64,000 bases of DNA from Coxiellaceae bacterium. GTDB lineage: Bacteria; Pseudomonadota; Gammaproteobacteria; JAJRRL01. The notes under the pieces are model-generated. The model did not search any database and was not told where the DNA came from. It saw only the letters and a list, made by a program, of their open reading frames with translations. Shown here piece after piece: positions 39,106 through 49,375 of this stretch. The position numbers and the translations under genes were made by a program. Each line of letters opens with the position of its first letter. Position 1 is the first letter of the stretch. The DNA is taken from assembly GCA_047404195.1 (NCBI GenBank), contig JBDOIU010000005.1:1795-65794 (forward strand), written 5' to 3'.

Positions 39106-40648
39106 GGTCTAGATTCCTCATTTTAACTCCCCAGTAGGCTAGGGTATCACTCTTTTTGTTGTGTAAAGTTTGAACTGATTGTAGGTAAGAGATCTCGGCG
39201 TTCACCAAGCTGGTTTGCGCGGTCAGTAGATTGTTTTGGTTTGTCGTCACTTCAAACATTGTTGATTTACCAAAACGTAGCTTCAATTTAGAGTTATTGA
39301 GCACTTCCTGTGATTGCCTGGCTGCAGCACGTGCGATCTTAATCGCTACTTTATTTGATTGAATATTGCGGTAAGTTTGCGTCACATCGGTAATCAGCTT
39401 TATTTTTGCCTGCTGTGCACTGATTTTAGCTTTCTCATAAGCAATTCTAGCGTTAATGAGAGAGTTTTGAGAGTCTATGTCATTGATAGGAATCGAAAGG
39501 TTAAGGCCAGCGCTTATCGGTGCTTTTTTGCCTGCTGCATCTAGTGTCCCACTGTGATAACCTGCTGTCAGATCCAGTTTCCAGCGTCTGGCATCTCTTG
39601 CAGTGATGATAGATTCTTGTGAAGTTTTGAGTTGAAGGAGTTGTGTTCTGTAGCTAATATTGTTTTCCAGGGCTGTCTGAATACACTTTTTTAGTGAGGG
39701 TAATTTTCTTTTATTCTCTAGAATGTTGAGGTTAAGATTGATTTTGCTGTAAATGTTTAAGCCTAATGCTTGCAGGTAGCTGGTGTAAGTTTCTTGTAAG
39801 GACTGCTTACTGCTGATAAGCGAGTTTTTGCTGCTATTGAGATTGGCCTTTGCCTCAATTGCTGCACTGCGCGTTGTTCGGCCGGCTTTGTATTTTAGCT
39901 CAGTTTGTTGTGTTGTTATCTTGCTGTCATTGAACTGATTTAACGTATTTTGGTAATTGAGCAATGCTTGCACTAATCCCCAGTAACCATTTGTGACGCT
40001 CTCAACGGTGTTGATAAGCCTACCTTTGTATGACATTAGCGCAATTTGATAGTTACGTTTCGCTTGTTGATAGGAAATGTCAGCGACCATGCCGAATCCA
40101 CGAATGAGTGGCTGGGATACATTGAAGTAATAATTGGTTTTGCCGCTTGTTAAATTGCCAGGATGGCTTAGGCCAAGCGTATACTGTGTTCCTTGCCTTG
40201 TTTTCAGTGTGATTGTGCTGTCACTTAATGTTGTGCTGCTTTGCTTGCTGGCATAATTATATGCTAGCTGAAGGTCGCTGATTTGGGGCTTAAATGCATT
40301 CATGCTGGTTTCATATGAGAAGCGGCTGGAAACCAGGTCAATATCGTTGTTAATGATGTCGGTATTGTAACGGAGCGCAAGCAGAATTGCATCATGGATC
40401 GATAGTTTTTTTTTATCGCGTTTTGTTTTACCAGGCATTGGCAGCTGTGAGATATGTTTAGGAAGTTCTTTTTGTAAGCTGTGGTTATCCCAGCCATAAG
40501 CCAGTGGAGGAGGTAGTTCTTTGGGTAATAGCTGCGTTGGTATACCTGTGTTGGGTATGTTTAAGCTGTCTTGTAGATTTGTAGCAGCAACAGCATGCGA
40601 AGCTAGAGAACAAATGGCGAATGTGACAACCTTGTCTTTAAAATGCAT
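39098..40648 (-). CDS. TolC-family outer-membrane efflux protein
   Basis: 516 aa with a signal peptide and the two-repeat helical/beta architecture of outer membrane factors. It is the first gene of the efflux operon that runs away from tRNA-Phe. Confidence 0.7.
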   Translation of the reverse strand: MHFKDKVVTFAICSLASHAVAATNLQDSLNIPNTGIPTQLLPKELPPPLAYGWDNHSLQKELPKHISQLPMPGKTKRDKKKLSIHDAILLALRYNTDIINNDIDLVSSRFSYETSMNAFKPQISDLQLAYNYASKQSSTTLSDSTITLKTRQGTQYTLGLSHPGNLTSGKTNYYFNVSQPLIRGFGMVADISYQQAKRNYQIALMSYKGRLINTVESVTNGYWGLVQALLNYQNTLNQFNDSKITTQQTELKYKAGRTTRSAAIEAKANLNSSKNSLISSKQSLQETYTSYLQALGLNIYSKINLNLNILENKRKLPSLKKCIQTALENNISYRTQLLQLKTSQESIITARDARRWKLDLTAGYHSGTLDAAGKKAPISAGLNLSIPINDIDSQNSLINARIAYEKAKISAQQAKIKLITDVTQTYRNIQSNKVAIKIARAAARQSQEVLNNSKLKLRFGKSTMFEVTTNQNNLLTAQTSLVNAEISYLQSVQTLHNKKSDTLAYWGVKMRNLDHV

Positions 40649-40725
40649 AGCCGTAACGCTTTGGTTAGAAGAATAACATCACTATAAAAAATTATATGAG
40701 AAAAGTCAAAGAGTTGGTCTAGATT

Positions 40726-40798
<73 letters not shown>

Positions 40799-40941
40799 AT
40801 GTGTGATCATTAAAACGCGAAGAATGCTCACAGTCAAGCATTCGTTTGCAGTTTTTTTGAATGTTTATTTTATAGGCATCAAGCCCAGTGATTGTCCTGA
40901 TCACAATCGCAGTTATGGTGTGTCTGTGGTTTGCTTAAGGT

Positions 40942-41178
40942 TTATTTGTCATCTGGTGGCGTTTCTGGCGTATAACCATCTGGCTTGGCTGATCCATCAC
41001 CAAATAGAAAAGCGAGCATTTCTTTTTGTAAAAAATCGCGTGATTTTTTGTCAATCAGATTGAGTCGGTGTTCGTTGATAAGCATCGTTTGGTGTGCTAG
41101 CCAGTCCTGCCAGGCTTCGGCACTGATATTGTTTAGGATCTCGATACCAATTTCGCCAGGATAGGGCGCCTTGCTCAT
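40942..41178 (-). CDS. yggX: Fe(II)-trafficking / oxidative-damage protection protein YggX
   Basis: MSKAPYPGEIGIEILNNISAEAWQDWLAHQTMLINE...GYTPE aligns along its full length with E. coli YggX. SD AGGAAC lies upstream. Confidence 0.8.
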   Translation of the reverse strand: MSKAPYPGEIGIEILNNISAEAWQDWLAHQTMLINEHRLNLIDKKSRDFLQKEMLAFLFGDGSAKPDGYTPETPPDDK

Positions 41179-41215
41179 TTTGGTTCCTGTCTGTTTGTTT
41201 TTTTTGCAGTACACG

Positions 41216-44200
41216 TCAGCCATTTCCTGGACCTCCTGTTGATTGTTCTGAATCTAGTGATTCGATGGCAGGCAATTGCCCGCTAAATTGAGCTGGATTA
41301 GTGGCAGCCATTGTGATTGCAGCCATGAAGGATGCAATGATTAGGAATGTGGGCGCCACTAATACCAATGGGGCCATAAATGCCATCGTATGGATTGTGA
41401 ACGCTGCAGCAGTTAATAAAATGCAGCCTGACCAAATAACGGTACTTATAATAGCAGGTACTGCAAATAATGAACATTTATTGCCAGCAAGTGGTTGGTT
41501 TGTGCCATTTCTACGTGTAGAGTTGCCGGTTGCCAAATCAACCAGCAAAGCTAAAGGCCAAACAATGCCCCGTGCTATCGAATGAATGATAGCTTGTTGT
41601 AGTTGCTTTTTATATGTGCTCTGAAGTTGATCAGATCTTCTGTTCTGTCGCGGTGTGGTATTTCGCTCTAAAAATGCCCAGTGTAAAAAGGATGAAATAC
41701 AGCCACGACTGTTATTACAATGCTGTGATATCGAAAACAGTGCATGTGCATAATTTGTGCGGCATGCCTGTGCTTCAATATTGAGGCGTGAATGATCTAT
41801 GCCTGCTTTGGCGCCCAGAATGAGTGATTCTAGGGTGTTTTGATTCGGTTGTGAGTTATCTGTATTGAGAATGTTTTCGCGAAAAAGAATGCTGTTGATA
41901 TCGATATTCATTAATGGATTCTGACACAGCGTTTTGAATTGATTTTGAATGCTATGATTAACTCTTTTAAGTATCGCTTCTTCAAATTCGTGGCATTTTG
42001 AGACTATATATTTTTGGGTATCTTGGTAGATGTTACAGCCAGTGATTGCCTCCTCAACCATTATCGTATTTACGCGTCCCTCAATATCTTGACCAGTCAA
42101 ATCCATACGCCAAGGCGTGTCTGAAAAGAACCCCTTGATCAACCTCAGAGTGATTTCTGATGTTGATTTGAGGTTTGCAAGACCGGCTATTTGACACATA
42201 ACACTATTGCATTGAGCATCAATGAGGGTTTTATTTATTTCTGGTAGATTACTATCGCGAGTGTCATCGAATAGAAAAAAAGTTCTGCTGTCAGTTGCTT
42301 TGCAGAGGATATCTGTGACAATAGCATGAGCGTCAATGGTATAATGATCAGGTTTTATCTGCGTTAGGGGGCTTTGATTAGAGAGGTCCATCACTTTATT
42401 TCTAGCGTTTTCTTGAAAGCAAGTATGGTCCTTGGCTAGATCTTGGGCGCTGTAATTAGCTTGGCCTACTAATTGTGCCTTCTTAAGAAGTTGTTCCTTG
42501 TCTTCCGATAATTTATTTTTAGCCAGACATGAAAGCACATACGTGAAACATTCGGCTGCCACAAAAGATGATATCTGATCTGGAAGGTCTTTGCTGTCAC
42601 CGTATGTCTCATGGAGCCTATAAGTTTTAATGGTGCCATCAGTGTTTGTTTCAATACCATGGTGATCAGTTAGATACGCCTCAAATTGTAGAGTAAAGCC
42701 TGCTGTTTGTTCGGCAAGTGTTGCTGTGGGTTGTGATTCAACTCGTTGCGCAGTCAGGCGTGGGTCACGAGTAAGTATTCCAGGGTTTAGATCAGCAATG
42801 CTATGGCATGATATATCATAGAATTTTTCAATAGCAGGCAGTGTTGGTATAATTGATGCCGTTTCAGATTTTGATTCTTGTTGCGCAGCGGTGTCAATAT
42901 CCAATTGGCGTGTGTGTTCTACAAGATCATGCTGTAAATGAATCAAGGGCCGAAGGTTAGGGTGTTCATTTGTAGTAGAATGATTAGTCGCTACTACTTG
43001 ATCATTAAGAAGTTTGCATACATAATCACCTGCAGTGCTCTGCCAATGAGTTAGATTTAACCCGATTTCATCAAGATAGGGTTGTACTGATGTGCTTGCA
43101 TAGGTTGTTATGCTTGATAAGTGCACCGCTTCGTCACTGCTTAAGAGCGTACCTAGGTCATGCTTGATGATCTGTTTTGCTCTGTCTGTGGCAATCTGTA
43201 GAAGACGCTCATCATATAGATCTTTTTCCTTGGAAGTTTCTGCTTTGAGTGAGAGTGCCTCAAGCGTCTGCAGTTCAGCTGTTTCTCTTTTAAATAGGTT
43301 ACGTATGCGGTTAGTTGATTGCGTGAGGATGGTTTCTTTCGTTGCTGTAATCTGTCCGTTAAAGTGTTTTCTGAAAGCGTCATGCTGCGCTTTATTGCTA
43401 GATAACTCTTCTTCTCTCTTCACAGTTGACATTGCATTTGGAAATTGCATGTTACATATCTTCAATTTCTCGAGGTAATGATTTCGTAATTTAATAATAA
43501 TTTCCAGCGTTTTTGGTGTTGCTTTGATATGATTTATAATAGCGCTGGAACACTGCGTAGACAAAAGATTGAGTGCGCGTTTTTGCGCAGGTAGTAGCAT
43601 AGATTTATTGAATAGTGTGTCTAAGCCAGAATAACTTGAAAAAGGCATAGATTCAATGTGTTTTGCAAGCTCATTTAATGTGTTGCAGCTTTGGATTCGT
43701 TCTTTAAAGCAGTCTTCAAGGCACTTTGATGTGGTTTTTTTGAGTGCCTTTCTAATCGCTTTAAATGCAGTTTGTGCATGATCCGAAAGTATTTGAGCAT
43801 CTTTGTTGTGACAGGTATACTTCGCATATGCTTTCATTCTGAGGAGGCACATCGTGGATTTTGTCATAATTGTTTTGTAGTGGTTTTTTGTAAGCGCTTG
43901 ACACTCTCTTTCAAGCCTTGTAAGTGAATTCGTGCTTTCTTTGTTAAAGATTTGTACTTTTTTTTGATCATTGATTTCTTTTAGTCTATCTTGCTGAAAG
44001 TTTTCGCCTTTAGGTAAGCCTGCGATGATGGTTGCTCTTTCTTGTATGTCTTTATCAATTGCAGCATTGAGTGCTTTTAATTTCTGAGTCTCGTCATCAC
44101 CTGTAGATATAGACGGTGAGCCACGCATTAAACGTTCCTGGCAGTTTGTTATGTATTGCTTTGTGAGAGAGTTCAACAAGGCTTCTTCTTTATTCGTGCT

Positions 44201-47200
44201 TTGAGTCTGGTGACATACATCAGTTAAGAATATAGCCATGCGTGAGATATTATGAAGATTATCAGCTGTTAGTTCAGATGTTGTGTACTGCTCGATAAGT
44301 GATTTATCATGCTCAACCCAACTGTCATGCAATGCTGTTACAGCAGGGTAGCAGGCAGTGAAACCGAAATCCGCAGGTGTGGTAGGTGTTTTTGTGATAG
44401 CACCACATGCTTGATCAAGTTGTTCACCAGTATCCCGCAATTCAACAAGCTTGATCCTATCGTGGGTGTTTAAGTGTTGGATACCACGCAGACTTTCAAC
44501 CTTAGTGATATATCGTGCTTGTAGTCTAAGTAGTGCATGACTATAAACGTCATGAGATATTTTTTGATCAGCACGGTATTTCTGCAGTTCCTGAATGTCT
44601 TTCTGTACTGAAAGTGGTTTCAGCTCTGCTGCGCATGTGGCGATGACGTCAACGGCATCTTGCTGTTCACGAATCTTTGATTTGACTTGTAAGCTGAAAC
44701 AAATTCTAGATTGTGCTTTTGTTGAGAGGAGTGACTGTATTTCACTATCAGCGAGTGGTGTAAGTAGCTGAATTGCATTTTCTCGCTCCTCTTCACTGCC
44801 AATAAATACATGATCAAGGGTTTTTAGTAGTCCATTCTCAAGTAATAATCGAGGCTCGTGTGCCGCAGAGTTATCATGGCCATGTTCACTCAGGAGACGC
44901 ATCAGGTGGTTGAAGTGTTCATACCTGCTCGGTGTGAGTTTTTCTATTACTTCTTGCGCATGCGAAGTTGTTAGCTGAGATAGTAAGTGCTGGTGTAAGC
45001 TCATTTTAGGTACACTATCAGCGATTGTGCAAGCTAGTTTCCAGTTCACAGGCTTAGTAGCCATCATTTTGCTTAGAATGGCTTCGAGCTTTACATTTAT
45101 GGTCTTAATATGAGTATACTCAAGCGCCTCCAGTCTCTGTATGATCTCAGGTATTTTGACATAATTGTCAGTGATATTGCTTAAGTTAAAGGTGTCCAAG
45201 TGCGCTGTAATACATGCTATCAGTATGCTTCTATCATCGTGATGGATAGATTGCACTTGAACTGGGAGTTCCCACTTATTTTGAATGACTGCGTTAGCGG
45301 CGTAATTTCTAATAATACGCTGTTTTGTCATTTTCAACCACCCAGGGCTGCTGGCATTAATTTTATATCTGAGCGCGGTTTCAAATAAGCTGATATCAGT
45401 GTCAGCATCTGCGCGACATTTTGTGTGGTAGAGCATCACCTTACGCAGGATGCTTTTTTTCCTATGTTCATCTAGGCAGTTGATGTGGTCCCGCAGCTGC
45501 CTAATCGCTGCTATTAGCTGCTCAGTACTTTCTACATGGGGTGTTCTGTCTTGTTCAGTTAGTGAGTGAATGTCATTTAGAGCGTCATTTGTCAAACAGG
45601 TGTCTGGTATGGTGCAGCGATCGGCAACTGTCTGCAGTGTTACTTCTTTCTGGTGCCTTATCAGTGTTTGTAGGCATGCTGCCATGCTGTTTTTTATGGC
45701 CCCATTTTTTATTGTTGCGTCTGCAAGGATCATTTTATGGTTTTTAATGCACATCCTAAGAATTGCAATGCTTCGGTGATAGGCGTCATCTTTAAATTTG
45801 GGACCATTGCTTGTACTTAATGCTGAAGCAGCTTGGCCTCTAATTTTTTTTAGTAAGGCTAGTTGCGCTTTAATAATGTCTGCATTACTTTGGCTTGTAT
45901 TTTTTGCTGCAGGCTCAGACAAACATGCTGCGCTTGTGATAATATCATTTATCCTTCTCGTTTCGTCCATAAGTGCAGCATATACTTTCGATTGTGTGAC
46001 ATAATGCATTACTTTTGGGAATTCGCAAGGTAAGAGTGCTTGTAATTGTGTATGTTTTTCTTTACATGACCATAATTTACTGCGTATCTTTTCCAATAAG
46101 GCTTGTTCTGCATTTAGTTTCTTAGAATGCCTAAGAATAGCCTTGTGCAGATGTGTTTCATCCTGAGCGCTTGATTGAGTGGCGCCAGATATTATTGCAG
46201 ATATGTTAACGCGTGCGATGAGTGTATCAGTAGTGCTTTTTGCATCAGCTAGTTTCTGTTCGAGTAGTGCGTTGATACCAGCCAGTCTCGTTGTATACGC
46301 TTCACTGTCTATGGTATCGATGCATTCATGAACCCTTTGGTTGAACACTTTACTATATTCTGCTCCTTGCTGCATTGCGAAATGATTGACCCGAAGCAAT
46401 TTTGTCTGTTTTTGCTCAAAGTCTTCGAGAAAAGGGATAGCCTGTTGTATAGTCATTTCAGGGTGTGTTTCTGAATCAGCATGTTGGGTGTCTTTTAGAA
46501 CTCCTGAAGCCATAATTTCTTTAAATTCATTAATTGCTAGCTCTGGAGATCGAAGGCGTTCGTTACCGCTTTTGATGCATTTTTCATTTGCTTGTTTAAG
46601 GTTGTAATATATAGACGCTTTCGCTTCTATGTTTGGGTGCGGTAGAATCTTTAAGTGCTCTTGGCTCATGGGTGTGAATCCATCGAGATGAGTTTTAATG
46701 TTGGCGTCGTGTTTGCGTTGCTGATCAAGTTTGTTGGCCAGCGCTGTTGCTTGCTTTACTGCCATCCTGAGTGTGGTCAAAGTCGTGGCAGATTCGATTT
46801 GTGTTTGGATTGCGATCGCTTTGTTATCTAGGGCTTGATACGTGCTTTCTATTGAAGCCTGTATTGCTTTGAACCTATGCTGGCACTGATCTTGAATGCT
46901 ACCGCTACCTGCAGAGCCTGATTGAAGCTGTTGCGTTAACCAAGTAGTATACTTCTTTTGCTCGCTTGGCTGCAATTTACTGCTCTGTTTATTGTAAAGT
47001 GTGGCTCTATCGCATAATGTTTTGTATTGTTTGAGAAAGCGAATTATGGTATCAAGCTGCCAGGTATCAGGTCTGTGTTTTAAAGGTTTTAAAGTTGTTG
47101 TTAATTGCTCAATAGCTTCGGTAATCTCGATCTTACAAACGTCCAGTATTTGCTTTGGATTACCAGCTAATTTTCTAAGAGATCTTCCTACTTTTTGAAA

Positions 47201-47323
47201 TAGTTTCATAATACCATCATTGCTGTGTATTTCAGACATATTACCATTCGCAGATGTTATTGTCACTATTTGATCACATTTGATCACATTTGACCCATTA
47301 AATGCCACTAATTGACCAGCCAA
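41216..47323 (-). CDS. Giant hypothetical protein (~2035 aa) with C-terminal transmembrane anchors; effector-like
   Basis: Continuous 6.1-kb ORF. It is largely alpha-helical/coiled-coil-like, with Lys/Glu/Gln-rich composition. The C-terminal ~120 aa contain 3-4 hydrophobic helices. The start is ambiguous between TTG 47323 and ATG ~47238. Residues encoded at 46718..46915 are duplicated in rmuC. Confidence 0.6.
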   Translation of the reverse strand: MAGQLVAFNGSNVIKCDQIVTITSANGNMSEIHSNDGIMKLFQKVGRSLRKLAGNPKQILDVCKIEITEAIEQLTTTLKPLKHRPDTWQLDTIIRFLKQYKTLCDRATLYNKQSSKLQPSEQKKYTTWLTQQLQSGSAGSGSIQDQCQHRFKAIQASIESTYQALDNKAIAIQTQIESATTLTTLRMAVKQATALANKLDQQRKHDANIKTHLDGFTPMSQEHLKILPHPNIEAKASIYYNLKQANEKCIKSGNERLRSPELAINEFKEIMASGVLKDTQHADSETHPEMTIQQAIPFLEDFEQKQTKLLRVNHFAMQQGAEYSKVFNQRVHECIDTIDSEAYTTRLAGINALLEQKLADAKSTTDTLIARVNISAIISGATQSSAQDETHLHKAILRHSKKLNAEQALLEKIRSKLWSCKEKHTQLQALLPCEFPKVMHYVTQSKVYAALMDETRRINDIITSAACLSEPAAKNTSQSNADIIKAQLALLKKIRGQAASALSTSNGPKFKDDAYHRSIAILRMCIKNHKMILADATIKNGAIKNSMAACLQTLIRHQKEVTLQTVADRCTIPDTCLTNDALNDIHSLTEQDRTPHVESTEQLIAAIRQLRDHINCLDEHRKKSILRKVMLYHTKCRADADTDISLFETALRYKINASSPGWLKMTKQRIIRNYAANAVIQNKWELPVQVQSIHHDDRSILIACITAHLDTFNLSNITDNYVKIPEIIQRLEALEYTHIKTINVKLEAILSKMMATKPVNWKLACTIADSVPKMSLHQHLLSQLTTSHAQEVIEKLTPSRYEHFNHLMRLLSEHGHDNSAAHEPRLLLENGLLKTLDHVFIGSEEERENAIQLLTPLADSEIQSLLSTKAQSRICFSLQVKSKIREQQDAVDVIATCAAELKPLSVQKDIQELQKYRADQKISHDVYSHALLRLQARYITKVESLRGIQHLNTHDRIKLVELRDTGEQLDQACGAITKTPTTPADFGFTACYPAVTALHDSWVEHDKSLIEQYTTSELTADNLHNISRMAIFLTDVCHQTQSTNKEEALLNSLTKQYITNCQERLMRGSPSISTGDDETQKLKALNAAIDKDIQERATIIAGLPKGENFQQDRLKEINDQKKVQIFNKESTNSLTRLERECQALTKNHYKTIMTKSTMCLLRMKAYAKYTCHNKDAQILSDHAQTAFKAIRKALKKTTSKCLEDCFKERIQSCNTLNELAKHIESMPFSSYSGLDTLFNKSMLLPAQKRALNLLSTQCSSAIINHIKATPKTLEIIIKLRNHYLEKLKICNMQFPNAMSTVKREEELSSNKAQHDAFRKHFNGQITATKETILTQSTNRIRNLFKRETAELQTLEALSLKAETSKEKDLYDERLLQIATDRAKQIIKHDLGTLLSSDEAVHLSSITTYASTSVQPYLDEIGLNLTHWQSTAGDYVCKLLNDQVVATNHSTTNEHPNLRPLIHLQHDLVEHTRQLDIDTAAQQESKSETASIIPTLPAIEKFYDISCHSIADLNPGILTRDPRLTAQRVESQPTATLAEQTAGFTLQFEAYLTDHHGIETNTDGTIKTYRLHETYGDSKDLPDQISSFVAAECFTYVLSCLAKNKLSEDKEQLLKKAQLVGQANYSAQDLAKDHTCFQENARNKVMDLSNQSPLTQIKPDHYTIDAHAIVTDILCKATDSRTFFLFDDTRDSNLPEINKTLIDAQCNSVMCQIAGLANLKSTSEITLRLIKGFFSDTPWRMDLTGQDIEGRVNTIMVEEAITGCNIYQDTQKYIVSKCHEFEEAILKRVNHSIQNQFKTLCQNPLMNIDINSILFRENILNTDNSQPNQNTLESLILGAKAGIDHSRLNIEAQACRTNYAHALFSISQHCNNSRGCISSFLHWAFLERNTTPRQNRRSDQLQSTYKKQLQQAIIHSIARGIVWPLALLVDLATGNSTRRNGTNQPLAGNKCSLFAVPAIISTVIWSGCILLTAAAFTIHTMAFMAPLVLVAPTFLIIASFMAAITMAATNPAQFSGQLPAIESLDSEQSTGGPGNG
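46718..46915. repeat. 198-bp segment with an identical copy at 55410..55607 (copy 1, inside the giant ORF)
   Basis: Base-by-base comparison of the two segments shows 198/198 identity, both in direct orientation. Confidence 0.85.
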
Positions 47324-47416
47324 TTCGGCTTGCCATGGTTTTGCAAAGTTAATGCTCTATGAACTATGTTTTATAGATGTTTATTCGATACTTTGCGGTT
47401 TGGAAGGGGGCAATGA

Positions 47417-49375
47417 GTGAATGATGTTTCCGGTCGCTCGCGTGCGAGAGACAGTGCACTGTTGCATTTTATGCGTAACTTATCAGATCATACGGGCCTT
47501 CAGCTGACTGACTATCAGCAGTTACATCAATGGTCGGTAGAGAACCTGCAACAGTTTTGGGCTTTTTTGCTGGTTTGGCTGGGCATTGCTGAGCTTGAGC
47601 CTGACTCAGTCTTCCATATTCCTGGAAAAGTCTTCTACGAGGACAGCTGGTTCCCACATTTGCAGCTATCGTATGTAGAATGCTTGCTCTCAAAACATCG
47701 GTTGGCTGACTCCAGTGCTGTATATCATTCTCTGAACGAGGCTGGTGCATACCATCAGCTGGGATATGCAGAGCTAAGGGCTCAGATTTCGTCCTTTTCA
47801 CAATTTTTGCGATCGCTAGCAGTGCAGCCAAATGACAGAGTGTGTGGTCTAGTTGACAACTCATTCATCTCTGTTGTAGCAATGCTATCATGTAGTGCTG
47901 TGGGTGCCGTTTGGGCATCTTGTTCACCAGATTTCGGCGTGCAAGCAATCATGAATAGGATGCAGCCACTGTCACCAGTTGTATTTGTTGCGGTGCAATC
48001 ATCACGCTACAGTGGTAAGGTGCATTGCCAAAAAGAGAAGATCGTCAGTATCCAATCCGCTTGTTCGTCTTTGCGTGCGATGGTTGTATACGATGGCTCA
48101 GACGCAAAGGTGACACTACCGGGTGTGGTATCTTATGAATCCATCTTGCAGCAATATGATGGTGCTCTGCCAATATCGGCTTGCCAAGTTAATTTTGCGC
48201 ACCCATTAATGATTCTCTTTTCTTCTGGTACAACCGGTCAACCTAAGTGCTTAGTACACAGTACTGGTGGTACCTTGTTGCAGCACGCGAAAGAACACAC
48301 ACTACACGTTGGCTTAACTGCGCATGATACCATCTTGTTTTATACAACTGCCGGCTGGATGATGTGGAATTGGTTGTTATCAAGTATATTTTGCGGTAGC
48401 CAGGTCTTTTTGTATGATGGTTCACCAACATATCCTAGCAGCGATGCGTTATTGTCTATCGTTGATCGGTATGATATCACCGTACTCGGCGCTGGTGCTC
48501 AATATTTTGAAATTGTCACAAGTGACCTAGAGCGTCAACCATATTGCCAAGCACTCAGCTCACTACGCTTGATATTGAGTACAGGTTCTCCGTTGATGCC
48601 ACACACATTTGATGCAATATGGGGAAAGATAAAAAAAGAGATACCCATTCACTCGATTTCAGGTGGCAGTGATATTATTTCTTGTTTTGTTTTAGGAAAC
48701 CCATTGGCGCCAGTCAGGCGCGGAGAAATACAATGTGCCGGATTAGGCATGGATGTGCAGGTTTTTAATGAGCAAGGTCAGCCGGTACTCAATGAGTATG
48801 GTGAATTGGTATGTTGTCAGTCTGTGCCAGCAATGCCTGTTGCGATATGGGATGACGCTACTAACAAGCGTTATCACAAAACGTATTTTTCTCAATTTGA
48901 TGGTGTTTGGGCACAAGGCGATTACGCAATGCAAACGGAGGCGGGGTCTTTTGTGATTATGGGCCGATCAGACCACACGCTGAATCCAAATGGGGTGCGA
49001 CTAGGCACAGCTGAGCTATATGATCTCATTGAATCTAATCCTGATGTGCAGGAAAGTATTGTTGTTTCCTGTAAAGGCAATGTAAAAGATCATTTGATTC
49101 TCTTTGTGGTGATGCGTGGCGGTCAAAGATTACTGGCAGAGCACCGATCGGCACTCTGTCAGTTATTGCGTGAGTCATTGTCACCAAAGCATGTGCCCGA
49201 TGCCATTTTGCAAATATCAGCGCTACCGCGCACGCTCAGTGGCAAGCGTGTTGAAGGTGTGATACAGAAAATATTGTTTGGGAAAAGGAACATCAAGGCA
49301 TCAGCCATTGCCAACCCAGCAGTCTTGGCCGAAATTGAGCAGCATGCTGACGCGCTTATGGGCCTATTTGAGTAG
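47417..49375 (+). CDS. Acetoacetyl-CoA synthetase (AMP-forming acyl-CoA ligase)
   Basis: 652 aa. AMP-binding motif FSSGTTGQPK and the acetoacetate-CoA ligase N-terminal region (…QQLHQWSVENLQQFW…). Confidence 0.8.
   Translation: MNDVSGRSRARDSALLHFMRNLSDHTGLQLTDYQQLHQWSVENLQQFWAFLLVWLGIAELEPDSVFHIPGKVFYEDSWFPHLQLSYVECLLSKHRLADSSAVYHSLNEAGAYHQLGYAELRAQISSFSQFLRSLAVQPNDRVCGLVDNSFISVVAMLSCSAVGAVWASCSPDFGVQAIMNRMQPLSPVVFVAVQSSRYSGKVHCQKEKIVSIQSACSSLRAMVVYDGSDAKVTLPGVVSYESILQQYDGALPISACQVNFAHPLMILFSSGTTGQPKCLVHSTGGTLLQHAKEHTLHVGLTAHDTILFYTTAGWMMWNWLLSSIFCGSQVFLYDGSPTYPSSDALLSIVDRYDITVLGAGAQYFEIVTSDLERQPYCQALSSLRLILSTGSPLMPHTFDAIWGKIKKEIPIHSISGGSDIISCFVLGNPLAPVRRGEIQCAGLGMDVQVFNEQGQPVLNEYGELVCCQSVPAMPVAIWDDATNKRYHKTYFSQFDGVWAQGDYAMQTEAGSFVIMGRSDHTLNPNGVRLGTAELYDLIESNPDVQESIVVSCKGNVKDHLILFVVMRGGQRLLAEHRSALCQLLRESLSPKHVPDAILQISALPRTLSGKRVEGVIQKILFGKRNIKASAIANPAVLAEIEQHADALMGLFE

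Noticed and set aside
40800-40941. Possible additional tRNA or ncRNA between yggX and tRNA-Phe
   Set aside because: The only structure is a short hairpin (GAATGCT...AGCATTC) followed by T-runs, consistent with a terminator. There is no cloverleaf or conserved ncRNA motif.
41216-47323. Suspected lower GC content of the giant gene as evidence of horizontal acquisition
   Set aside because: Spot counts gave 40% GC in two 60-nt samples of the giant gene, against 45% in one guaA sample and 35% in one valS sample. These overlap, so no compositional difference is supported without a proper sliding-window calculation.
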